64,000 nt of DNA from the human T2T-CHM13v2.0 reference genome, Homo sapiens (GCF_009914755.1 NC_060928.1), one strand, 5' to 3'. Shown: positions 1 through 12,621, counted from the first letter of the stretch. Notes: generated by a model from the sequence alone, not told the origin. Program-made: numbers and translations.

Positions 1-237
1 TGAGGCAGGAAGATCCCTTCAGCCCAGAATTTTGAAACCAGCATGGGCAATTAAGTGAGACCCCCATCTCTACAAAAAATAAAATGCCTGTAGCTCCTGC
101 TACTTGAGACGATGTATGGGAAGATCCCTTGAGCCCAGGAATTTGAGGCTGCAGTGAGTTATGATCATGCAACTGCACTCCAGCCTGAGCAACAGAGTAA
201 GACTCCATCTCAAAAAAAAAAAAAAAAAAAAAAAAAA
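1..237 (+). mobile_element. Alu, AluJ-like, 5' end outside the window, poly(A) tail followed by GA-rich tract
   Basis: tgaggcaggaagatcccttcagcccagaat...gaggctgcagtgag...gactccatctc then long A run. Confidence 0.93.
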
Positions 238-430
238 GGAAAGGAAAGAAAGGAAAAAAGAAAAAAATGTTTTGAAAAGAAACACCCTTCATGAAATGGT
301 AAGAAAATCAAAATCAATATTTATGACAACTTGCTTTTTCCTTTTTCCCTGTCTCCTTGATTATGAGCCACAAATTTATTGAAAATCCTGCTTGCTATGA
401 TAGATAATCATTTTGAGTTATCTTTCAAAA

Positions 431-1063
431 GTCCAGCTCCATCCATGTGCGTGCAAAGGACATGGCTTCTTTCCTCTCTATGGCTCCATAGTATTCCATG
501 GTGTATATGTACCACATATTTTTTGTATCCAGTTTATCTTTGACAGGCATTTGGGTTGATTTCATGTCTTTGATCTTGTGAATAGTGCTGCAATGAACAT
601 ATGCATGCATGTGTTGTTATAATACAATAATTTATATTCCTTTGGGATATAATGGGATTGCTGGATCAAACGATATTTCTTCCTCTATGTCTTTGAGGAA
701 TTGCCACACTGTCTTCCACAATGGTTGAACTAATTTACATTCCCACCAACAGTGTAAAAGCATTCCTGTTTCTCCACAGACTCATCAACATGTTTCTTGA
801 CTTTTTAATAGAAAAACAAACACTGCATGTTCTCACTTATAAGTGGGAGCTGACCAATGAGAACACATGGACACAGGGAGGGAACAACACACACTGGGTC
901 CTGTCAGAGGAGAGCAGGGGAAGGGAGAGCATCGGGATAAATAGCTAATGCATGCCGGGCTTAATAACTAGGAGATGGGCTGATGGGTGCAGCAAACCAT
1001 CATGGCACAAGTTTACCTATGTAACAAACCTGCACATGTATCCTTGAACTGAAAATAAAATAA
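431..1063 (+). mobile_element. Older L1PA-type 3' end with 5' inversion (431-810 antisense, 811-1063 sense)
   Basis: Antisense ORF2-end sequence (tccagctccatccatg...ctttttaata) joined to sense 3'UTR (catgttctcacttataagtgggagc...gtaacaaacctgcacatgtatcc, A-rich tail). Confidence 0.88.
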
Positions 1064-1539
1064 TTTACTTTTTAAAACATTTTAAAAAATCTAGATTTAA
1101 AAAATACTATCACCAAATACCTAATCATATCTCTCTAAAATTAACTTTCCCTTGAATTAAAGGAGTGATATATTTTTGCCTACATAATTTGTTATGGATT
1201 CACGATAGTAACTGCTTGGTTTCCATTCTTAGCTGGACAATCGACCTTTTTCAATAACTCTTTCTCTTGTGTTTAGCCAGCTCACTGGCTGATTTCAATA
1301 AAAAGTTATTCTGAATTTTGTTGCTCTGTCCACAACAACACACATAAATAGCATTTTCACCCACTGTGATGCAAGACATGCAACAAGAGATGCAAGATGA
1401 GCCTCATCTCATCAATTCTCTGGACTTCCTCCAGCCTGCTAACTTCTGAACCATTATTACATGTCTTCCCCCAACACCTCTCTATTGAATCAGCACTGGT
1501 AAAAATCTTCAAGTCTTTTTTACTATGCAAAGACTGATT

Positions 1540-2076
1540 TCCAAAGTACATTCTTTATGAATGCTAAAATTTCTATCTTCATCTGAAAATGACATTCTTT
1601 TCCTTACTACTGATTTATGATTTGGCTGAATGTAGGATTACGGGTTGACAGCCATTTCCCCCCTAACTTTTGAATATATTATTTTATTTCTTCTGATTCC
1701 TATTGTTGCTGAACATATTATTTTATTTCTTCTGATTTCTATTGTTGCTGAAGATAAGTTTGTTATCAACCAAATTGCTGCTCCTTTCAAGGTAATCTTT
1801 TTTCTTTAACTGCTTTTAACTCTTGGTATTTGATATTCTGTGGTTTCATCATGATGCAATTCATTAGATATGTTTTTATTCTTTTTGGTGCTTATTGTGT
1901 TTCTTCAACCTGAGTACATGTGTTTTCTTTCATTCTGGAAAATCTTACAACCATTTTCTCTTCAATCATTGCCTCTATTCAATCTCACTCATTATCTTTT
2001 CAAATATTTCCTCTACTTCTGGAACTCCTAAAAGATAAATGCTATACTTTCTCATTTTATTTCTTATGTCTTTGAT
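1540..2076 (-). mobile_element. Ancient L1M/HAL1-like ORF1-region fragment; probably continues at ~2630-2760 and ~3500-4300
   Basis: T-rich antisense motifs typical of old L1 (ttggctgaatgtaggattacgggttgacag; ttctattgttgctgaagataag; cattctggaaaatc). Confidence 0.55.
1672..1752. repeat. 39-bp tandem duplication
   Basis: gaatatattattttatttcttctgattcctattgttgct followed by gaacatattattttatttcttctgatttctattgttgct, 2 mismatches. Confidence 0.95.
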
Positions 2077-2628
2077 TGTATTAGTTTTCTATTGCTGTAT
2101 AACAAATTACTCCAAACTTAGTGGCTTAAACAGCAATATTTGCTATCTTGATTTCTGTGGGCCAAGAATTTGAGTGTGGCCTAGCTGGGTTCTCGAATGC
2201 TGGGTTTCTCACCGGAGTGCAGTCATCTCCAGGCTCAAGGGGAAAGGGCTGCTTCTTAGCTCATTCATGTGGTTGGTGGGTTCTTACAAGCTGTTAGACT
2301 GAAGCCTTAATACCTCATGAGCTGTAGGTGGAGAGCCCCCTTGACTTCTTGCCACATGAGCCTCTTCACAGGGCATCTTACAATACGGCAGCATGCCTCC
2401 CCAGCAGGAGCAAGGGAGAAGGCAAGAGAGAATGCCAGCAAGAGAAAGCCCTAGCAAAGATGAAAGGCACAGACTTTTATTATCAAGTCACAAAACTGAC
2501 ATCTCATCACTTTATCTATACGGCATTTTTAGAAATAAGTTGCATGGTCCGGCCAACAACCAAGGGAGAAGGATTAAGCTAGAGCTTAAATACCAGAAGG
2601 CAAGAATCACTGGGGCCAAGTCATACCA
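2077..2628 (-). mobile_element. MaLR solo LTR, MLT1F/G/H-like
   Basis: tgtattagttttctattgctgtataacaaattactccaaacttagtggcttaaa terminus; ends aagaatcactggggcc...tacca. Confidence 0.8.
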
Positions 2629-2764
2629 GTCTTTCTTATTTTCCACTTCTTTAACTTTTGGATTCTTCCTAAATGTTTTCCTCCTGTCTATTATCCATGT
2701 CACTGCTTCTTTCTTAAATTATTTCTAATCTGCTATTTAAAATACCCATTAATTTCTAAATCAC

Positions 2765-3000
2765 CTTTTCTGGTGTATAATATACTTAAAGTAAAATGCA
2801 CCCCATTTGAGTATATATTTCTGAGTTTTGAAATTTTATATAACCTGTAACTGCCACTGTAACCAAGACATAGAGCATTCTATCACCCCCAGAAAGTTTC
2901 TTTATACTCTTCTCAGTCTATCTCCTCTGAATCTTGACCATAGGCAACCACTGATTGCCTTACTACCCCCAGTAGAGATTATACTTCTTTTCCAGAGTTT
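2765..3000 (-). mobile_element. Old L1M 3'-end fragment
   Basis: gtaaaatgcacccc...aaccaagacatagagcattctatcacccccagaaagtttc...aggcaaccactgatt. Confidence 0.7.
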
Positions 3001-3145
3001 TGTCTGCCCATCAGTTTTAATTAATTTTCAATTTTTAGGGAATTCAGTGACTATTTGAGGCATGTTCTAACATGATAACTGTAATAGTTGTGAAAATCTA
3101 CACATTTACTAAAAATTATTGAGGTGTGTCCTTACAATGGCTGAG

Positions 3146-3443
3146 TTGTTGTTTGTTTTTGTTTTTTGAGATAGTGTCTTGCTGTGTCATCCAGGCTGGA
3201 GTGTAGTAGCACGATCATAGTTCACTGCAGCCTTGAACTCCTGGGCTCAAGTGATTCCCCCACTTCAATCTTCCAAATAGCAGAGACTATGGGCTTGTGC
3301 CACCACACCTGACAAATTTAAAACAATCTTTTTTTTTGAGAGAATGCTGCCTATGCTGTTCTTGAACTCCTGACCTCAAGTGATTCTCCCACCATGGCTT
3401 CCCAAAATGTTGGGAATACAGGTATGAGCCACTACACCTGGCT
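3146..3443 (-). mobile_element. AluJ-like, inserted in a plus-strand L1M 3'-end remnant (~3040-3490)
   Basis: ttttttgagatagtgtcttgctgtgtcatccaggctggagtgtagtagcacgatcatag...gagccactacacctggc. Confidence 0.92.
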
Positions 3444-4494
3444 TCAAATTTTCTGATACATAAATTATATATCAATAAAGCTCTTAAAGTCTTTATAAAA
3501 ATTTAGTCACTGTATTTATTTTTAGAAATTTTATTTGGTTCTATTTTAAATGTTCAGTTACCTATTCTTTCAATGGACATATTTCATTCTTGTCTATTCT
3601 GTAATTATAGTTTTTAAAAAATTTTTTAAAACCTCTTTAAGAATTTTTAATATACTTGCTTGATGATCTCTGTCCTATTATTTTATTTGTCCTATTTCTT
3701 AGGGTGACAATCCCACTAATTGCTGACTTGCAGGCTCTCCAGTCTTATGGTTTGCTTCATTATAAAATGCACAATTTTGTACTGTCAGCTCTTTTTTAGC
3801 AGTTGTTTTAGCTGTGGGAGTACCTTGTGTCTTGGGTTGTAAATGTGCCCTACAGGAAAGTTCTGGTATTTCTGTGTCAAGTGTGTTGTTCATTCTCAAC
3901 CATGTAGGTAGTATATGCCTGTGTCTCAGGAGTGACTGTCTTTCTCTTCTTTCTCTGTGCTAATAGAGAACTTTATTATTGTGTTGTCATCCAGGTATAC
4001 AGCTTTTTAATTTCCTTTGTAAGAGACAGGGCAGCCCTTTGAGGCCCTCCCTGCCAGAAGCTGTGTCCCCAGGCCTACATGGATATTAAAAATCTAAGAT
4101 CCAATCCTGGGGTCAATATATGAATCTGAGCCCCCAAACTCCCAGCAAAATATTAACTTCTACTTCCCATTATGTGTTTGAGTTCAATCTTCTTTTTGGC
4201 ATTTTGAGCTTTTTTTCCCCTTTCTTTTGAGTTCAGCTTTGTATTAAAAGTATTTTTGGTTATCTTTTATCCATTATTTCTATATATTTATAATAGTGAA
4301 GGGCCTTAGTTCACCATGTTAATGAAATCACATAATTTTCAAATCACATAATTTATTTTCAGTTCTTATTTTACTTGATTCCTTGAAACATTGAATATGT
4401 CATCTTCTAATTACAATAACTCCATTTACCTTGGCTTTTGTGACATCCATTCACTCGTATTCTTTCTCTTACTTAGAGAAAGCCATATCGCTTG

Positions 4495-4745
4495 TTGGAA
4501 AAGCATGAATTTTGTCATCAGATTTACCCAAATTTAAACACTGAATCTTCTACTTAGACACCACGTGATCTTTGAGTTAATGATTTCACTTTAAGATTTT
4601 TATCTGTAAAATAAGAAAAATACACATTTTTAAAGTATATGTATTTTTTAATGCATATTTTTAAAATATAATAAAGAATAAACAAAATAACATGTATGAA
4701 GGATACAACAAAGTCCCTGACAAAGAGCCAGTGCTTAATATAGTA
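4495..4745 (+). mobile_element. MIR inside an L2 remnant
   Basis: ggaaaagcatgaattttg...tctacttag...gtgatctttgagttaa...tttatctgtaaaataag core. Confidence 0.6.
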
Positions 4746-6004
4746 GTTGTAGCAGATACTTGTGATATCCTTGCTTTCCACCTGAAAGTGATAATTCTTC
4801 ACATTCCTCATTTTTCCTGATTCTCAAGACTGGGTCAGTTCATGGCATTTATGAGATAAGATGACAGAAGGGATATCATTGTTTGCTGCCAAACATCTTG
4901 CAATTCATCACTGACCAATCCCAGGGAAAGATTGGTTTTATCCTTGTAATTGCTTTCCTAAAGACAGAAATCATGGACAGTGACATCCAGCTGAAAATCT
5001 CTTAGGTCACTTGAGGCAAGTTCAGTTATCACTTGCCTCAGTCACCAGTAACAAACCCCTTCCCTCACTGGGGACATAGGTGAGTATATTCTTCTTAATT
5101 CTACAGTAAAAACAGACAAAGTCGATGTTTTACAGAAAACAACAGGCTTTGCCCAAGAGGACTTACTTTTAATTTCTTGCTTAATAGCATCTATCATCTA
5201 GGAAAGGAGCACACAGATGTTGGTGTTAGTGTTTTAGTATCATAAGTATCATTCGCAAGAAAGAAAAAGGCTCAAGCATCTCTTTACTTTTCATTCTATA
5301 CTTCCTTCACACTAGAGTCATCCTCTCCATGCCCATGATTCCAGCGATCACTTACAAATGTCTACTCTCAAAACTATAATTATAGACCTTACTTCTCCAT
5401 TCTTGGATGTTTTTAGAAGTTTCTGGTGCATGAATAAACACAATTATTATTTTTCCTTCTGGTTTCCACAAGGAAGCAAATCTACATGGATAATAACCAA
5501 ATTGGAAAGTACTACTTTGTCAATAGTTAGGTGATTATCTTCTACCTTTATGCAAAGCTCTGGTAAAAGTTGCATTGAGAGAGATTCGAATTGGGCCTCA
5601 GGCTAACACAACATTTCTTGTTTTTTTTAGGCCTTGAACTATGTGTATATTTTACTTTCACTTCTCACCCAAGGGTGGGCTCCCACAACTGCAGTGAGAG
5701 AGATGGTCAGTTCAAAGCACATCAACCAAGTCAGTGCAAAAGGAGGAAAATGAATAGCCAGAAAGTTTTCTCTGCCCCAATACGTAGTGCTGAGCTGGGC
5801 TGGGCTGCACGATATGATCAGGAAAATATAGAGGTCACAGTGTGGAAGTAGAAAGAACAGAAAGGTTATTTCGTAGTATAGTTTCAACAGAAGAGATCAG
5901 AGGCCTCAGTCTTCTCTTTACACCTGCTACATGGATCCAAGAAATCTATGTCAATTTTCTGATATTCAACCCCATCTAGACATTTCACAAAAAATTTATA
6001 ACTA

Positions 6005-6516
6005 GAGTCTGATGCTTTAGTTTGTATTTCCCTCCTTCTTTTAGTATCAGCAACCTCCTCCAATGCAGAACTGCTCTTCTGTCTCTCCATGTGATTCCAA
6101 GGATGCTTGTCCCAGAATTGTCCTTCTCTGGTGCATAACCCAGACCTGGCCAATCATAGTTCCCTTCCACTTGGCAACAATGTTTGATGTGAGAATGAGA
6201 GTATAACCAAAGCCATTCATGTCCTTTCCTTCAACTTTATATTGGGAGGTAAAAAGTTTCTCTTTAGTCTTGGATCATGAACTGTAAGAGTGGATCCAGA
6301 GCTGCTAGATAATCTGTATATCTGCTGTGTAGCAACATCTGAAAGTAATAAGCCTAAAACAAGAGTGGCATAAAGGTGAAAGGCAAAGCAAAGAGCATTG
6401 ATGACACCATTTGTTTTCTTGTATCACCCTCTTTCTTTTTATGTAACCCAGTGATTGATGTTTGAAATGGTGTGAGTTAGATTTCTGTCAAGTACAACTG
6501 CAATATCCTAATACAC
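6005..6516 (+). mobile_element. Old MaLR LTR (MLT1J/K/L-like)
   Basis: ggccaatcatagttcccttcc internal motif; 3' end gagttagatttctgtcaagtacaactgcaatatcctaataca. Confidence 0.55.
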
Positions 6517-6519
6517 CTC

Positions 6520-6800
6520 TCAACACTTCTAAAGAAGAACTCAACATTAAACACCCTAAATCTCTCATCACTCCTGTCTATACTGATAGGTGAGATCTCC
6601 AGCTATCTGCTCTCCCAAGCCAGAAACACAGAAACCATCCTAACCCTCTTTTTTTGCTTATTTTAAAGATCCATCTAATATCCCATTGATTCCACCTCCA
6701 AATTATTTTTCACATTTGTCATCTCTGCAGCACGCATACAGTGTTCCTTCCTTAGTGAATACCTTGTCATCTTCTAATCTGCACCCATTGGCCTTCCAGT
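6520..6800 (+). mobile_element. L2 fragment
   Basis: ctcccaagccagaaacacagaaaccatcct...gattccacctccaaattat. Confidence 0.55.
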
Positions 6801-7126
6801 CATTATATTGCTCTTGACTTTTCTTCCCCGAAAACCATCTCAAGTGATTTTCCCTCTGTATTCTAGAGGACTGATACCAGTCTTTGTCTGCATTATTTCC
6901 TTTCTCCTTTCATTGGTGGAGATTCCTGCTTTTCCTCATCAGTGGTGATGTTCTAGATTCACCAATCCTCCTGCTCCTGTTCACTGTGGGATCAGTCGTG
7001 AATTCCTCACACAATTAGTCTTGGTGTGGTTGGCTTTGAATCTAGCTTCCAGGGTGACCAGAAGTAATGAAGAAATCAGTAAGCACCTAGGGATCTTTCA
7101 GAAATATCTGAAAAGAAAGAGTTGTA

Positions 7127-8026
7127 CAGGGATAGCTACATGATTTATAACACCAAGTGTGAAATGAAATCGTGGGATCCTTGTCCAAAAAAAAAGAAAG
7201 TGTCATTAAAAGCACTGAAATATAAGCTTTTTCTTTTCTTCCCAAGTCTCTTTGAACCTGTCATGGTGCTTAATTTCCTATTTAGTGTTAATCTCTCAGG
7301 ACAGGGATACCCATTGGGAGAAGATGCTCACAGGTGTCCCATTGGCTTGAGCACAGCCCACTGGCTTCCAGGTTTCAAGCCACCACTCCACAGCACCATG
7401 TCCCAACCAGAGGTGGATAAATAAATCTCCCCTTCCCATGAGCTGCCACGTCAACCCATGGTGGTTGGGATACTGCCAAGGATTACAACCTCAGGACCTG
7501 AATGAGCCATTATCAGGATGGGGTGGGTGAGAAGCTCCTCACTGCCTAGGTACATGCTGAATGCACATGGAGGCACTGCCTGCCCCTGATGGAGACAGCT
7601 CCTGCCACGCCCACTCTGAGATGCTGCATGTTGTTCATTCTATCTAGACTCTCTCTACACCCACACCCAGGCTCCTGAAAGAGGCAAAAGACAGCAGCAG
7701 TTGCTGGGCCAGAACAGGAGTAGCTAACACTGATGGGAGAAGCAGAGGTATCGTGGGACGAGGAGCAGGGTGTAGAGAGCCTACCAAGGAAGGCAGGGTG
7801 GGAATCAGGGCTAACTCTGAGCAGGTTCTCTTGTGAGCGAAGGTTTCAATCCCTCAATACAGGCTCCATTGTCCTGTTGATTTCAATGACAAAATCAAAA
7901 TTCAAAATAAAATTATTAAACGTTTTAAGACCATCACCAGAGAGTATTAAGCCCCAAGCATGGAGCTCCTTTGAGCATGGGGCTCTGTGTGATTGCACAG
8001 GTCCAATGAGCATGGAGCCTGCCCTG
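7127..8026 (-). mobile_element. MER45B-like hAT-Tip100 non-autonomous DNA transposon
   Basis: Both MER45 termini present: cagggatagctacatgattt...gtgaaatgaaatcgtgggatccttgtcc and ggggctctgtgtgattgcacaggtcc...catggagcctgccctg. Confidence 0.82.
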
Positions 8027-8368
8027 TCTGTGAACAAGTGGTCTTTCTATTATTAATCTGTTCCATGAAAGCTCAGCAGAATTGTAATTTGGAGCATGTT
8101 TATCAAACATTTTCACCGATAAAACAACGAATAATTCAGAAGTCCCACGTGTAAACCCCATAAAACTGCTCTGCTTTATCAGAGACAAAAGATCAAGCAG
8201 CAGGTCCACCTGGTCATCCCTTCCTACCTTATGCCTTCAGCCCTAACTGTGGCCCAAGAAGCCTCAAGAACTCCATGAAACACAGTCTGAAAAAAAAAAT
8301 TGTTTAATTCATTTTTACTCCCAGTCTAGGGAAACTTTGGCATTTCATGTTTATTTTGCCTTCATTTT

Positions 8369-9620
8369 AAATGATGTTGAGCATTTTATCATATACTTGT
8401 TAGCCATTTGTGTATCTTCTTTTGAGAAATGTCTGTTCAGATTTTTTTGCCCATCTTTAATCAGATTATTAGATTTTTTCCGACAGAGCTGTTTGAGCTC
8501 CTTATCTGTTCTGGTAAGTAATGCCTTGTCAGATGGATAGTTTATGGATACTTTCTTTCACTTTGTGGGTTGTCTCTTGACTTTGTTGGTTTTTAACCTT
8601 TGCTGTGCAGCAGCTTTTTAAGTTGATGTGATCCCTTTTGTCCATTTTTGCTTTGGTTGTCTATGCTGTGGGGTATAGTTCAAGAAATCTTTTGAGTGCT
8701 GGAAGTCCTGGCTAGAGCAAGCAGACAAGAGAAAGAAATAAAAGCATTCAACTACACAAGGAAGAAATAAATTTATCTTTGTTTGCAGATGATATCATCT
8801 TATGTTTGGAAAAACCTAAGGACTCCACAAGAAAACTCTTAGAACTGATAAACAAATTCAGTATTGGTACAGGACACAAAATCAACATACACAAAATCAG
8901 TAGTATTTCAATATGCCAACAATTAACAATCTGAAAAAGAAATAAAAAAAGTAATCCTATTTACAATAGCTACAAATAAAATAGAGTACCTAGGAATTAA
9001 CCAAAGAGGTGAAAGATCTCTACAGTGAAAACTATAAAACACTGATAAAAGAAATTGAAGAGGACACCAAAAAATTGAAAGCTAGTCTGTGTTCATGGAT
9101 TGGAAGAATCGATATTGTTAAAATGTCCATACTATCCAAAGCAATCTACAGATTCAATGCAATCTCTATAAAAATATCAAAAACATTCTTCACAGAAATA
9201 GAAAAAAAAAAATCCTAAAACTTTTATGGGACCAAAAAAGACCTAGAATCCTGAGAAAAAAGAACAAAACTGGAGGAATCACATTACCTGACTTCAAATT
9301 GCACTACAGAGCTATAGTAACCAAAATAGCATGGTACTGGCATAAAAACAGACACATAGACCAATGGAACAGAATAAAGAACCCAGATACAAATCAACAC
9401 TTATACAGTGAACTCATTTTCAACAAACATGTCAAGAACATACATGGAGGAAAAGACAATCTCTTTAATAAATGGGCTGGGAAAACTGGATATCCATATG
9501 CACAGACTACACCTCTATCTCTCACCTAACACCAAAATCAAATCAAAATGGATTAAAGACCTAAATCTAAGAACTCAAACTAGAAACTACTGAAAGAAAA
9601 CATCAGGGAAACTCTCCAGG
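8369..9620 (-). mobile_element. L1MA-type ORF2 fragment with inversion (8369-8694 on minus, 8695-9620 on plus); 3'UTR and poly(A) missing
   Basis: Plus arm has tttgcagatgat (FADD) and ORF2 peptides 9009-9593; minus arm resumes at caaaagatttcttga, just after where the plus arm stops (actctccagg). Confidence 0.87.
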
Positions 9621-9779
9621 GGAAAAAAAATTTAACTGCATATTTGTAACAAGTTTCATTACTCAATACTGACCAATTCCCAAGTACTTCCCCATTTAAA
9701 ATATCTTGGTGATGATTAAACTCCCAGTTGTATGGAGTATGTCTGTGAGGATTTATTTTGTTTCTTTCATTTATGAGAG

Positions 9780-10290
9780 GGCATGAGTGTTATATTTATG
9801 GAGCTTTGGCATATATAAGGATGTTTTCTGTTACTAGCATACATAAATGACATCTTGGCTTGATTTGGAATTCTGTATTCCCAATTTTTGTATCTCAGAT
9901 CACTATAAACATATTTCTATTTGCTACTGAAAGTTAATATTGAAAAAAGTTAGCTACTCTTTTTATTTGCAATCCAAACTGTGTTATTAATTTTTCCTAG
10001 AAAACTATAGCTTCTGGTCTTTTCTACCTAGAAAAATATTTTTCTATTATAACTTTAATTATACCTTCTCTTTTACTTGCTTTGTTTCTTTTTCAGAACA
10101 TCTTATTTTCAATATATTGGATATTGTTTCTCTGTTCTTTGTATCTGATATCATATTTGTCATTCTTATCACTTCATCACTTTTTTGTGAGAGAAATTTT
10201 GAAGATTTTTGCTGGCATTACTGACTTGATTTGTTTGGCATCATTTCTGTTCTACATTGACACTGGTGAAGATTTTTATGTTCTTAGGTT
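9780..10290 (-). mobile_element. Highly diverged L1ME/HAL1-like fragment
   Basis: T-rich antisense motif acatcttggcttgatttggaattctgtattcccaattttt. Confidence 0.35.
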
Positions 10291-11194
10291 TTTTTTTTTT
10301 TCATTCTGGCTTGAAATCCTAGGCCTAGGATTTGCAGACATAGTGCTAGCATAGATTGCCATGGCCATCTGCACTGTCACTTGTGTATTGGTAAAAACAT
10401 CCCATCATCTGTGCACAACCCTAGCTCAATTTCTGATACTGCAGAAACCTTCATCTGGCACTGGAATAGAACATTCTGCTCTTACTACTCAGTTCTTTAC
10501 CACAGCAGAGATAGCATATATCGTAAGGCAGCCTTCAGTTGTTTAACCACGTGCAATCCATGATTATACTTCCTAGCAAGCACTATTTCCAGTGCCTTCC
10601 TTTCTCTGTTTCCATTATATAGCTTTACCTGAAAGGTCGTTTTCCTTGGATGTGAATGCCACTTTCCATTTTCCCCTACCACTGGCCTCGTTATACAAGA
10701 AGTACTCTGCTACATGTGGGCCATTGAGAGGGGAGGAACAAGATTTCAGCCATCTCAAAAACAGTACAGAGGTGACTGCTCAGTTTTCTGATTAATATAA
10801 TATCTGGTGTCTAAAAAACAGGCAGTAAAAATGAGTCAAAGTCTCTGTCTCTCCATTTCATTTTCAGTTTTTCCGTACTGGTTCAGTGGGTACATTGCAC
10901 GCAGGCCACTGATAATGCTTCTTCATCCATTAGTCGCAGAATTAAAGTTGGTGGAAATGCCTGCCAATGTTACCATATTCATTTTACTTCTGTTCCTATT
11001 TTTAAAGCTATTTTTAATTATTGCCTTCATGTATGATTCTGCCTGTAATTTATTTGCAAGTTGGGAGAGAGTCTATCATAATCTCAAACCAGGAGTCAGG
11101 GTCTTCTAAATGCAGGTATAATAAATAGAGTAATGAATGTCATAGATATTTTATTATTTACAAAAAATCATTAACAAATCCAAACTGAAGCATT

Positions 11195-11400
11195 GCTATT
11201 GAGTGGAAAACATCTAGAGTCAAGTTTTTACCCCCATATACTAAGTGACTTTAGATGAGTCACTTAACCTTTTTGAATCTATTTATTTATTCATAAAGCA
11301 ATAATAAGTATGCTTGTTCTAAGGACCTTAAACTGGTATTGTGAGGAACAAATGGATTAATATTCATAAAACCCTTCATAGTCATTAATGTTCTATATCA
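11195..11400 (+). mobile_element. MIR
   Basis: gtgactttagatgagtcacttaacctttttgaatc...gtattgtgaggaacaaatgg. Confidence 0.75.
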
Positions 11401-12621
11401 AATGATCACCATTATGCCCATGACCTTGGCTTCATTAATGCCTCATGGAAACAGTGAGCTAACTGAGCTAACGGGTCACAGAAGTAATTCGTTAATATTT
11501 ATTTACTATTTTTTAGCTAGTATCGAATGTGGTTTAAACATAAAAAGTAAATGGTAATTATGAGTGCTCTAGCCCCTGCTATTAAAGAAAAAGTAAGAAG
11601 ACTTTTTTCGCCTAGTTGTTAAATTTACACAAGTTTTACCTACCACTTTTTAGAGTTCTATTAATAATTGATTTCTTTTTTTATTGATAAGAACTTACAT
11701 TTTCAGACTTTAACTGTACTACCTCTTGGCAGCATAAAGGATGGAATACCAAGTGGAATCACAGAGTCATACATGAACTTTTGCTGTTATAAAATTTGAT
11801 TAGAATGGAAGGCTAGACAACACAAATTGGAAAGTATTGGGTAGAAAAAAGGCAATGAAAAATAGGTCTTTGTTTACTTTTAAGACTTGGAAGCAGGGAT
11901 TTCTAAATAGTTATAATTTATGGGCTAATAAATATCATAGACATATTGTTATTAGTATGAAAATTAGCAAACATACAAGGAGATACTAGGTTGGAATATG
12001 GCAATTTTAATAACATAAAAATAAAACACACATCAATTATTTTTTTAATTGGTTTATAATGCATTGCTCTAAGAGGAGAGAATAATAAAAAACTTCCAGT
12101 GTTTTACCCCTAGTTTCAAGTGAGGGGAATGAAATGGCATACCTTCATGGCATAGCACAAACAACTTTTTCATGAAGCAAGATCCTTTGTTAGGATATGC
12201 CAAAACCTCGTATTTCTTTAGCTCTTAGCTCTTGAAAGAAGTCTGTAAACCTGTCTTCATTTTCCAGGTGAATATTATTTTTTTCATTCCTTTTGAATAG
12301 AAGTAAACTCAGATAAAAATAAATTAAGAAATATAATGTCCATATCTTTTTGTATTTTATGTTTTTTAATGTCTTTTCTTTCTGATACACTAGTTGAGCC
12401 TTGAGGAAAAGACCATATCTTATCCATCCTCCACCACCATAGCCTTGGATACATAGTAGTTACATAAACTATGTACATACATAAACCATCACAGTTACAT
12501 CTTTCTGCTACTAATGTATACATGGAAGAAAATGGCTCAAACATGTCTATGATCTTTCCTCTACTCTTTGGATTTCATAAAACATTAACTTAAGAAATTT
12601 ATAGAAAGATAATACAAGTCT

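Noticed and set aside
4325-4354. Short direct repeat aaatcacataattt x2
   Set aside because: Trivial slippage duplication in AT-rich repeat-derived DNA
5012-5040. Iron-responsive element
   Set aside because: Loop is not CAGUGH and there is no correctly placed C bulge
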